Of a stretch of 64,000 nt of DNA, positions 30,426 to 38,816 are shown piece after piece. The DNA is from Bacilli bacterium. GTDB lineage: Bacteria; Bacillota_I; Bacilli_A; RFN20; CAG-826. Location of the stretch: assembly GCA_041654095.1 (NCBI GenBank), contig JBAZED010000002.1, forward strand, positions 25,600-89,599, written 5' to 3'. The first letter of the stretch is position 1, and each line of letters opens with the position of its first letter. Position numbers and translations under genes: made by a program. The notes beneath the pieces are model-generated. The model was not told the origin of the DNA and searched no databases. It was given only the letters and a program-made list of their open reading frames with translations.

Positions 30426-30560
30426 ATGAAAAGAACGTATCAACCCAGCAAGAAAAAACATTCTGCCGTCCATGGTTTTCGAGAGAGAATGAAAACCGCT
30501 AACGGCCGTAAGGTTTTATCGAAACGCCGCGAAAAAGGAAGAGCGGTTTTATCCGCTTAA
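30426..30560 (+). CDS. rpmH: 50S ribosomal protein L34
   Basis: 44 aa [44 protein letters not shown]. Too short for the ORF track; found by direct translation. Confidence 0.9.
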   Translation: MKRTYQPSKKKHSAVHGFRERMKTANGRKVLSKRREKGRAVLSA

Positions 30561-30594
30561 TCTTTTTGATTTTTACTTTTCAAGGGAGACGAGC

Positions 30595-30942
30595 GTGAAA
30601 AGGCAGTTCCGCATACGAAAGGCAGAAGACTTCCAGCGCATTATTCACTCTTCTTGTTTTGTTAAAAACCAACTATTCGTTGTCTACTACCAAAAAAACG
30701 AACTTGAGTATTCACGAATTGGCATCTCGATTCCGAAAAGAATCGGTATCGCCGTAATTCGTAACCGGATCAAGCGACAAATCAAAGCCATTCTGCATGA
30801 AACCCTCGACGCCGACAAACCCATCGACTATGTAATTGTTCCCAGACACAATTATCAAGTCGACCAATTTAAAAAAAGTCGCGACGCCTTGAAGGGTCTT
30901 CTCGAAAAGATCGGAGACCACAATTTTGAAAAAATCAACTAA
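30595..30942 (+). CDS. rnpA: ribonuclease P protein component
   Basis: 115 aa, basic, with the RNR-like motif IAVIRNRIKRQIK. GTG start. Conserved position after rpmH. Confidence 0.9.
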   Translation: MKRQFRIRKAEDFQRIIHSSCFVKNQLFVVYYQKNELEYSRIGISIPKRIGIAVIRNRIKRQIKAILHETLDADKPIDYVIVPRHNYQVDQFKKSRDALKGLLEKIGDHNFEKIN

Positions 30943-32359
30943 GCGCATACTTACTTTCGGCGGCCTTCTTTTCGCTGTCGTTTTGATCAGCGGGTGCACG
31001 GCGAGTTTTTGCTCGAACGACGATATGGCCAATATCATGTACACCTACGAAAAAGGCATATCTTTATATCAAGACAACGCTGAAGCGGGAGCTGAGGTTT
31101 TCTCTGGTAACGCAACTCTTAAAAGAGTTATTGATAAGGAAAACTCCCCGTTACTCAAAGAGATCGTCGCTTCTTCCGAAGCCAATAAAATCAATGTTCC
31201 CACCGATACCTATTTTGTCGGCATCGATCAATTTGTTCTCGAGAATGCTCTTGAGCATCAATACGGAATCGATGTTGATTTCACCACCATCGACGCCGCT
31301 AAAGCCAACACCGCTCTAGAAAATTATGGCTACCTAAAATTTGCGGGCTATAGCGATGACAACACCTTGTTTGAAAACTGGAAATTATGGACTGCCAATC
31401 TGCGCATGAGTCTGGGAACCGAACAAGTACCGAACCAAGATTTCGCTAAACTCTATCAAGAAAAAATCACTTCGACGACATCAGCGTATCGCGCTTGCTT
31501 AGCTATCAGCGATGGCAAATACGGCAAATACGGCAGCGACGGCAACACCGAAGCTTTTATCGAAGGCAAGACGTGGGCTTATGCATGGTCCAAAGGACCA
31601 ATCGAAGGTCTTTTGGTCTATCCCGTCGCCTACCTAGTTGATTTCTTCTCGGTTTCATTTGGCATGAACGGCTGGGGGCAAATCGGAGCCGTCGCCCTTG
31701 TTACCTTGATCGTTCGCGCCCTTATTTTGCTGACGACTCTCAAGTCGACTATGGGGCAGCAAAAAATGCAAGCCCTCCAACCCGAACTTGCTAAAATCCA
31801 ACAGAAATATCCAAACTCCAACACGAATCAAGCTGAAAAGCAACGCTTGGCTCAGGAGCAGATGGCGCTTTATAAGCGGCACAAAATCAATCCGCTCGGC
31901 CAAATTCTCGTTTTGATTATTCAGTTCCCGGTCTTTATTGCGGTCTGGGGCGCGATGACAGGCGCGGCTGTCTTATCATCTGACGCCGTCTTAGGCTTAA
32001 ACCTGAGCGCCGGTTTAGGAACCGCCATTCTCAACGTCGCGGGTTGGCCCAATATTTCGGGCTGGTGGACCGCGGTGGTCTTATTTGTTTTAATGGGCCT
32101 TGCGCAATTCGTTTCGATGAAACTCCCGCAGTGGATGCAAAAAGCCCGGACCAAAAATGTCAAACGCTTAACCAAGAATCCGGCTGAAGATAAGCAGGCC
32201 AAGCAAATGAAGTGGTTCAGTAATATCATGCTGATTATGATCATCGTCATGGGCTTCAGTCTCCCGGCCGCGATGGGTGTCTACTGGTTCATCGGGGCGA
32301 TTATATCGATAGTCCAAACCTTAATCATGCAGACGATTATGGCTCGCGCTAAAAAGTAA
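30926..32359 (+). CDS. yidC: membrane protein insertase YidC (lipoprotein type)
   Basis: 477 aa. TTG start with GGAGA SD. Lipobox LISGC. A large extracytoplasmic domain is followed by the YidC 5-TM core. Overlaps the rnpA end. Confidence 0.9.
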   Translation: MKKSTKRILTFGGLLFAVVLISGCTASFCSNDDMANIMYTYEKGISLYQDNAEAGAEVFSGNATLKRVIDKENSPLLKEIVASSEANKINVPTDTYFVGIDQFVLENALEHQYGIDVDFTTIDAAKANTALENYGYLKFAGYSDDNTLFENWKLWTANLRMSLGTEQVPNQDFAKLYQEKITSTTSAYRACLAISDGKYGKYGSDGNTEAFIEGKTWAYAWSKGPIEGLLVYPVAYLVDFFSVSFGMNGWGQIGAVALVTLIVRALILLTTLKSTMGQQKMQALQPELAKIQQKYPNSNTNQAEKQRLAQEQMALYKRHKINPLGQILVLIIQFPVFIAVWGAMTGAAVLSSDAVLGLNLSAGLGTAILNVAGWPNISGWWTAVVLFVLMGLAQFVSMKLPQWMQKARTKNVKRLTKNPAEDKQAKQMKWFSNIMLIMIIVMGFSLPAAMGVYWFIGAIISIVQTLIMQTIMARAKK

Positions 32360-32371
32360 CGGAGGTTTTTT

Positions 32372-32968
32372 ATGAAAAAATATCAAGCTAAAACGGTCGA
32401 AGAAGCCGTCAATCTCGCCGCTCAAGAATTAGGTATCTTGCCCAGCGATGTCAATTTTGCGATTCAGGAAGAGAAAAAAGGATTATTTAAAAAAGTCACA
32501 ATTGAAGTTTATGAACTCAGCGATGCCATCGAATTCTCTGAAAAATACATCAAAGATGTAACCGATGCCCTCGGCATCCAATCCGAGACGACCACGACGC
32601 TAAAAGACGACATCATCCACATCTCGATCAACTCCGACCACAATCCAATCTTGATCGGCAAAAATGGCAACACGCTTCAGGCCCTCAATGAATTGACGAG
32701 GCTTGCGGTATCCTCGAAATTTAAAAAGAGATTCAGAATCCTCCTCGATATCAACGACTATAAAGACGGTAAATATTCCCGCGTCGCCTTTACCGCCCGC
32801 AGAGCCGCCAAAGAAGTTCAAAAGACAAGGATGGATGCGACTCTCGATCCGATGCCGGCTGACGAAAGACGCGTCGTCCATAACGCCCTCGCCAACTTCT
32901 CGCACATCAAAACCGAATCGGCCGGGGAAGGACATCACCGCGCTGTCGTCATTAAATACGTAGACTAA
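32372..32968 (+). CDS. jag: Jag/KhpB RNA-binding protein (KH + R3H domains)
   Basis: 198 aa. GKNGNTLQALNELTRL (KH) and a C-terminal R3H-like region. Conserved yidC-jag linkage. Confidence 0.85.
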   Translation: MKKYQAKTVEEAVNLAAQELGILPSDVNFAIQEEKKGLFKKVTIEVYELSDAIEFSEKYIKDVTDALGIQSETTTTLKDDIIHISINSDHNPILIGKNGNTLQALNELTRLAVSSKFKKRFRILLDINDYKDGKYSRVAFTARRAAKEVQKTRMDATLDPMPADERRVVHNALANFSHIKTESAGEGHHRAVVIKYVD

Positions 32969-33007
32969 TTAAGAGCCATAAGGCTCTTTTTTGCCTTAGG
33001 TAACAAG

Positions 33008-34327
33008 ATGCACGAAACGATTGTCGCTCTAGCGACACCACCTCTTAAATCCGCTTTAGCCATCGTCCGCCTCTCAGGAGATGATTGTTTTAATGTCGTC
33101 TCCAAAGTCTTCAGCCACGATTTGCGGGCGCTGATTGAGCGCGGAGTGTTTGTCGGTAACATTCTAAAGGATAATGAGATTATCGATCAAGTCGTGCTCA
33201 TCGCTCATGTCAATCCGAAATCATATACCGGCGAAAATGCCGTCGACATCATCAGCCATGGTTCAATGCTCATCGTTGATGAGATCATCGAATTATTAAT
33301 TGGCTCTGGCGCCCGCCTCGCCCTCAATGGCGAATTTTCAGCCCGAGCGTTCATCAACAACAAAATCGATCTCGTTCAAGCCGAAGCGATTAATGACCTG
33401 ATCAACGCCAAAACGATGGAAGCCAAGAGAATTTCAATGTATTCGCTGAAAGGTGAGACGAGCCATTTGGTTTTACCGGTTAAAAAAGCCATCGCTGACT
33501 TGTTAAGTCAGATTGAAGTCAATATCGATTATCCGGAATACGAAGACATCGAAGAAGTGAGCCGCTCGCAAGTTATTTCGGTGTGCTCTTCGATCGTTGC
33601 GGATGTCGCCAAATTAATTCACGAAGGCAAACAAGGACAAATAATTAAAGAAGGCATTAAAGTGGCGATTATCGGCAAACCCAACGTTGGGAAATCGAGC
33701 CTTCTGAACGCGATGATCGGGCAGGAAAAGGCTATTGTCACCAATATTCCCGGAACGACGCGCGACATCGTCGAAGGGGAAATCAACCTAAAAGGCATCA
33801 CCTTGCACATTCTCGACACGGCCGGCATTCGGGAAGTGAACAGCGAAATCGAAAGCATCGGAATTAGCAGAGCTAAAGCCGCGACCGAGGAAGCCGATCT
33901 CGTTATTCTCGTCCTTGATGCAACCGAGCAAGAAGATGACTTCTTTGCCAAACTTATCAAAGATAAGAAGCGCATTATCGTCTATAACAAAGGCGACATC
34001 GCAAAGAGTAAAAAAGAAAATAAGCTGTATATTTCGGCTCTTCATAAAGACATCGATCCCCTCCTTCGCGAAATTACGAAAGCCCTCTCCATCAATCAAG
34101 AAGCTTACGAGCAGCCAAGTCTCAATAACGCGCGGCAACTCGGATTATTGGGCGCCATTCGCGAAAGTCTGCTCCAAGCCGTCAAAGACGCTGAAGACGA
34201 CCAGCCCATCGACCTCGTGAGCGTGAATTTATTGAGTGCGTATAATGCGACTTTAGAAATACTCGGCGAAGGTAACAAAAACGATATCAGCGAAGAGATA
34301 TTTTCTCGTTTTTGTGTTGGTAAATAA
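33008..34327 (+). CDS. mnmE: tRNA modification GTPase MnmE
   Basis: 439 aa. G-domain motif GKPNVGKSS. The C-terminus ends in the hallmark CVGK. Confidence 0.95.
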   Translation: MHETIVALATPPLKSALAIVRLSGDDCFNVVSKVFSHDLRALIERGVFVGNILKDNEIIDQVVLIAHVNPKSYTGENAVDIISHGSMLIVDEIIELLIGSGARLALNGEFSARAFINNKIDLVQAEAINDLINAKTMEAKRISMYSLKGETSHLVLPVKKAIADLLSQIEVNIDYPEYEDIEEVSRSQVISVCSSIVADVAKLIHEGKQGQIIKEGIKVAIIGKPNVGKSSLLNAMIGQEKAIVTNIPGTTRDIVEGEINLKGITLHILDTAGIREVNSEIESIGISRAKAATEEADLVILVLDATEQEDDFFAKLIKDKKRIIVYNKGDIAKSKKENKLYISALHKDIDPLLREITKALSINQEAYEQPSLNNARQLGLLGAIRESLLQAVKDAEDDQPIDLVSVNLLSAYNATLEILGEGNKNDISEEIFSRFCVGK

Positions 34328-34328
34328 C

Positions 34329-35102
34329 ATGATTGATACGCATTGCCATTTGAATCACGACAAATTTTACGATAATCCTGAAAAGTACATCGCTGAAGCG
34401 ATGGATAAAGGAGTCGAAGCTTTTCTCGTCGTCGGTTACGATTTAAAGTCGTCGCGTCGAGCAGCGGCGTTGGCCAATCGATTTTCAAACGTCTATGCAG
34501 CGGTTGGAATTCATCCGACAGATATCAAGTCCCGTGGCGAAAACGATCTTCAGGAAATAGAAAAAATGCTCGATTTGTCCAAAGTCGTCGGTTACGGCGA
34601 AATCGGACTCGACTACTACTGGGATAAGAACGAAGCCGAGCAGAAGGCGCAAAAGGAATTCTTCATCAAGCAAATCGAAACAGCAAATCGCCATCGCAAG
34701 CCGATTATCGTCCACACTCGCGAAGCCGCGTACGATACGCACAAACTCCTCGTCGATAATCCACCGAAATACGGCGGTATTATGCATTGCTATTCCGGAA
34801 GTGTTGAGATGGTCTCGAATTACGTGGGATTAGGATTCTATATCTCTCTCGGCGGACCGGTTACTTTCGTGAATGCCAAAACGCCGAAAGAAGTGGCGAG
34901 GGCGACTCCGGCCGACCGGCTTTTAGTTGAAACCGATTCACCCTATCTAGCTCCGCACCCGTTGCGCGGACAGCAAAACGAGCCGAGTTACTTGCCTCTT
35001 ATCTTAGCCGAAATCGCCAGCCTGCGCGGCATTGAAGAAAAGGCGTTGGATAAGCTGACGACCGAGAATTTTAAACGGCTTTTTGGCCTTGCAAAAATAT
35101 GA
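34329..35102 (+). CDS. TatD family metal-dependent DNase/hydrolase
   Basis: Starts MIDTHCHLNHDKF (canonical TatD HxH start). The ORF-track GTG start at 34314 is also possible. Confidence 0.85.
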   Translation: MIDTHCHLNHDKFYDNPEKYIAEAMDKGVEAFLVVGYDLKSSRRAAALANRFSNVYAAVGIHPTDIKSRGENDLQEIEKMLDLSKVVGYGEIGLDYYWDKNEAEQKAQKEFFIKQIETANRHRKPIIVHTREAAYDTHKLLVDNPPKYGGIMHCYSGSVEMVSNYVGLGFYISLGGPVTFVNAKTPKEVARATPADRLLVETDSPYLAPHPLRGQQNEPSYLPLILAEIASLRGIEEKALDKLTTENFKRLFGLAKI

Positions 35103-35641
35103 AAAAATGTCTTGCGGCGATTCTTGTGGTGGAAGGGAAAAGCGACAAGGCCTTTCTCTCTTCTTTTATCGACGCTGAGTTCGTGGAAACAAACGGTTCG
35201 GATGTCCCCGCCGCAACCATCGAATATCTAAAAGCGCAATCTAAGAAACGAGATATTATCGTCCTTGTCGACCCCGATGCCCCAGGCCTGAAGATACGCG
35301 CCAAACTCGATGAAAATATTCCCGGTTTAAGGCATTGTTTTGTCAATAAAAAAGACGCCATAAAAAACGGTAAGGTGGGAGTGGCCGAAACAACAAAAAG
35401 CGCCGTCTTGCAGGCTTTGAATTTTCAAGTGGAAAACAAGGCAGTTCAGACAAGCGATTTACAAGTGATCGATCTCTATAAATTGGGCTTGATGGGTTCG
35501 AAAAACGCCAATGATTTACGCAGCGAGGTCGCCGACTATTTTCATCTCGGATTTGTTAACGGCAAGCAGTTTCTCAAAAGAGCTAAGTCATTAAATATTT
35601 CTTATCAGGTCATCGAGGAAGCCATCCGTGAAATTCGCTAA
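35099..35641 (+). CDS. rnmV: ribonuclease M5 (TOPRIM domain)
   Basis: 180 aa. VVEGKSD...IIVLVDPDAPG is a TOPRIM acidic cluster. Conserved position before rsmA. Confidence 0.85.
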   Translation: MKKCLAAILVVEGKSDKAFLSSFIDAEFVETNGSDVPAATIEYLKAQSKKRDIIVLVDPDAPGLKIRAKLDENIPGLRHCFVNKKDAIKNGKVGVAETTKSAVLQALNFQVENKAVQTSDLQVIDLYKLGLMGSKNANDLRSEVADYFHLGFVNGKQFLKRAKSLNISYQVIEEAIREIR

Positions 35642-36443
35642 CCAACAATCGTTTTTTGATTATATCAAAACGCTGACACTATTGGCGTCAAAGGAACTCG
35701 GTCAGAATTTTTTGACCAACGATATTACCGCCCGATATATCGTCGATACTCTCGACCTGAATGACGACGAAAAAGTATTGGAAATTGGTGCCGGTTTTGG
35801 TTCGCTTTCCTATTTTCTCGCCCAGCATAAAAATGAGTTGACACTCCTCGATGTCGATCCGAAGATTATCTCGTTTCTTGATGAGCAATTCGGCCAGGCC
35901 AGCAATATAAAAATTCAACAGGAGAGCATCCTCAAACACGATGTCCGTAATTACCAGAAAATAATCGGCAATTTACCATATTATATTACGTCTGACACGA
36001 TTCAATATATTTTGCTGAATGCGTGCTCGGCTCAGCGCCTCGTTTTCATGGTGCAAAAAGAAGTGCTGCCGCGCCTGTTAGCCGACGTCGGGCAAGAAGG
36101 GTACGGGCCGTTTTCCCTATTGGTTGCATACCTTGGGCGAGCAAAAAGAATCATGAGTGTTGGGCGCTCGCAATTTGTACCGAAACCCAATGTTGACTCT
36201 GCGGTTGTGGCAATTGATATCTTGCCCCATCGCGACCATAAAACAGCTTTAAAACTCGTCAGAATTACCATGGACTTATTTCATCATCGCCGCAAGACGA
36301 TCCGCAACAACCTCAGGCTGCTATTGAAAGATTCAAAGCGAGCCGACGATACGCTTTTGAGCCTCGGAATCGATGGCTCAAAACGACCTCAAGATTTGCC
36401 GCTTGAATCCTATTTAGCCCTGATAAAACAATTGAAGTTTTAA
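35628..36443 (+). CDS. rsmA: 16S rRNA (adenine1518/1519-N6) dimethyltransferase
   Basis: GTG start with GAGGAAG SD. ELGQNFL motif and SAM-binding LEIGAGFGSLS. Confidence 0.9.
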   Translation: MKFANQQSFFDYIKTLTLLASKELGQNFLTNDITARYIVDTLDLNDDEKVLEIGAGFGSLSYFLAQHKNELTLLDVDPKIISFLDEQFGQASNIKIQQESILKHDVRNYQKIIGNLPYYITSDTIQYILLNACSAQRLVFMVQKEVLPRLLADVGQEGYGPFSLLVAYLGRAKRIMSVGRSQFVPKPNVDSAVVAIDILPHRDHKTALKLVRITMDLFHHRRKTIRNNLRLLLKDSKRADDTLLSLGIDGSKRPQDLPLESYLALIKQLKF

Positions 36444-36485
36444 GACTTCAAAGTTACAATGTAATTCACTTAGAGGCCACACTTA

Positions 36486-37340
36486 ATGTACATCAAAGCT
36501 TACGCGAAAATTAATATTGCCCTCAATGTCCTGGGAAAGGACGAGGATGGATATCACCAACTCGATATGGTCAATCTTCCGCTCGAGCTTCGCGACTCGA
36601 TCGAAATAGCGATTCTGCCTAATTCTTTAGATTCTTTCATCACTTGCGATGACATCGAAATCGAAGATCCAAAAAATAACTTAATCAGCGTGGCGATTGC
36701 CAAAGCTCGCGAAAAATATAAGTTCAGACAGCAATTCACCATCCACGTTTATAAAGACATACCCATCTCCGCGGGTTTGGCAGGTGGAAGCGCGAATGCC
36801 GCCGCCGTCCTCAATGCCCTTTTCCTCCTCTTAAAAATCAAACCTACTCGCGAAGAGAAGATTGAGCTAGCCAAATCAGTTGGTGCCGACGTGCCGTTTT
36901 GTATGTTTAGCGTTCCGGCGCGCGTTCGTGGTATCGGCGAAATCATCGAGCCAATAGAAGTCAAAAAGAGTTATCCGCTCCTAATTGTCAAACCTCTTAA
37001 AGGCCTTTCTACCACGACCGTTTTTAATGTCGCTGATGGCATGGAATTAAAAAGCGGGAATATCGAAAATGTCATTCAAGCCTTGGCTGATGGCGATGAT
37101 GATCTATTGGCGAATTCGATTCATAACGCCTTAGAAAACCCTTCATTTTTTCTGCTTCCGGAGATTGAAAAAATTAAGAGAATGCTAATTAAAGATGGGC
37201 TGAAAATCGTCTTGATGAGCGGTTCCGGAAGTTCGATTATCGCTCTCGATGACGACGTTAAAAAACTTACAAAGTTAGAAAAAAAGTACGCAAAAATGGG
37301 TTATGATACGCGATTAACCCGTACTTTAAGGAGCAAATAG
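36486..37340 (+). CDS. ispE: 4-diphosphocytidyl-2-C-methyl-D-erythritol kinase
   Basis: 284 aa. GHMP kinase motif PISAGLAGGSANAAAVL. Confidence 0.85.
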   Translation: MYIKAYAKINIALNVLGKDEDGYHQLDMVNLPLELRDSIEIAILPNSLDSFITCDDIEIEDPKNNLISVAIAKAREKYKFRQQFTIHVYKDIPISAGLAGGSANAAAVLNALFLLLKIKPTREEKIELAKSVGADVPFCMFSVPARVRGIGEIIEPIEVKKSYPLLIVKPLKGLSTTTVFNVADGMELKSGNIENVIQALADGDDDLLANSIHNALENPSFFLLPEIEKIKRMLIKDGLKIVLMSGSGSSIIALDDDVKKLTKLEKKYAKMGYDTRLTRTLRSK

Positions 37341-37341
37341 T

Positions 37342-38751
37342 ATGAATACTTATGCCATCATTTTAGCGGCCGGTAAAGGCACGCGCATGAAATCCTTGTT
37401 TGAGGACAAGTCCAAAGTCAGCTATCCTATCCTCGGCGTTCCTCTTGTGAAGCACGTTCTTAATTCTCTCCGCCCCTTAGCCCTTGACCGCAAAGTGACA
37501 ATCGTCGGTTTTGGCGGTCCCGCGACCGAAGAAATCGTAAAAGATGAAACGGAAATCGTTTATCAGCTCGAGCAAAAAGGAACAGGTCACGCCATCATGC
37601 AGGTCGCACCACTGTTGGCTGGGCAGGAAGGTCGAACATTAATCGTCTGCGGTGATACACCGCTTCTCAGGACCGCGACTCTTCAAAGATTAGTGCAGCA
37701 ACACGAAGTCGAGAAGAACAAACTCACCGTGCTGTCGGCAATCGTGCCCGATCCCCGCGGATACGGCAGAATTATTCGCGACGCTGACGGGTCCATGCGC
37801 GAAATTATCGAACAGTCTGACGTCGATGAAGCGCAAAACAAGATTAACGAAGTCAACGCCGGTGTTTATGTCTTTGATAATAAGCTTTTGTTTGAATATT
37901 TAAACAAGCTAAAACCAAACAACTCCCAAGGCGAGTACTACCTGACCGACCTTATCAAAATGTTTAAAAACGGCAAGTTAAAAATCGGAGCATCAATCGC
38001 CGAAGATTATCAGGAGATGCTCGGTATTAACGATCGGCGCCAACTCGAAGAAGCAGCCCGCATCATGCGCCTCGAAATCAACGAGCGCCACATGCTCGCT
38101 GGCGTGACGATTGAAGATGCAGCATCAACCTATATCGGCCCCGAAGCCGTGATTGGTCAAGACACGATAATTCGCCCTGGCACTCACATTCTTGGCAAGT
38201 GTGTCATCGGCAAAGCTAATGTCATCGGTCCCTCGACCTACCTCGAGAACGTTGTCATCGGCGATGAGAATCACGTTATTTTTTCGCATGTTGTCGACTC
38301 GGCGATTGGAAACGCGAACGAAGTCGGGCCTTACGCTCGCATTCGCGGCCATTCGATCATTGAAAACCACACTCGCGTCGGCAATTTCGTCGAATTCAAA
38401 GCCTGCATTCTCCACAATGATGCCAAATCAGCCCATTTAAGCTATTTAGGAGATGTCGATATCGGCGAGAAGACGAATATCGGCTGTGGGACGATCGTCG
38501 CGAACTACGATGGCTACAATAAGACTAAAACAGTCATCGGCAAAGACGTCTTTGTCGGTTCGGGTAGCACATTAATCTCTCCGATCGTCATTGAAGACCA
38601 TGCTTTCATCGCGGCGGGTTCCACGATCAATCGGAGCGTTTCCAAAGATGACATGGCTATCGCTCGAGCCCGTCAAGAAAACAAACCGGGATATGGAAAC
38701 GTCGTTCGCGAGAGAGCTCTGCAGAAGAAACTAGCGAGCCAAAAGAAATAA
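37342..38751 (+). CDS. glmU: bifunctional UDP-N-acetylglucosamine pyrophosphorylase / glucosamine-1-phosphate N-acetyltransferase
   Basis: 469 aa. N-terminal LAAGKGTRM nucleotidyltransferase motif; C-terminal left-handed beta-helix hexapeptide repeats. Confidence 0.92.
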   Translation: MNTYAIILAAGKGTRMKSLFEDKSKVSYPILGVPLVKHVLNSLRPLALDRKVTIVGFGGPATEEIVKDETEIVYQLEQKGTGHAIMQVAPLLAGQEGRTLIVCGDTPLLRTATLQRLVQQHEVEKNKLTVLSAIVPDPRGYGRIIRDADGSMREIIEQSDVDEAQNKINEVNAGVYVFDNKLLFEYLNKLKPNNSQGEYYLTDLIKMFKNGKLKIGASIAEDYQEMLGINDRRQLEEAARIMRLEINERHMLAGVTIEDAASTYIGPEAVIGQDTIIRPGTHILGKCVIGKANVIGPSTYLENVVIGDENHVIFSHVVDSAIGNANEVGPYARIRGHSIIENHTRVGNFVEFKACILHNDAKSAHLSYLGDVDIGEKTNIGCGTIVANYDGYNKTKTVIGKDVFVGSGSTLISPIVIEDHAFIAAGSTINRSVSKDDMAIARARQENKPGYGNVVRERALQKKLASQKK

Positions 38752-38769
38752 GTACGATAAAAAAACGCC

Positions 38770-38806
38770 AATTCACGAAAGTGGTTGGCGTTTTAATTTG
38801 CTGTTA
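38770..38806. terminator. bidirectional intrinsic terminator between convergent glmU and ppdK (AACGCCAA ... TTGGCGTT plus T-run)
   Basis: Plus strand reads aaaaaaacgccaattcacgaaagtggttggcgttttaattt. Confidence 0.65.
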
Positions 38807-38816
38807 GGCCGAGAAA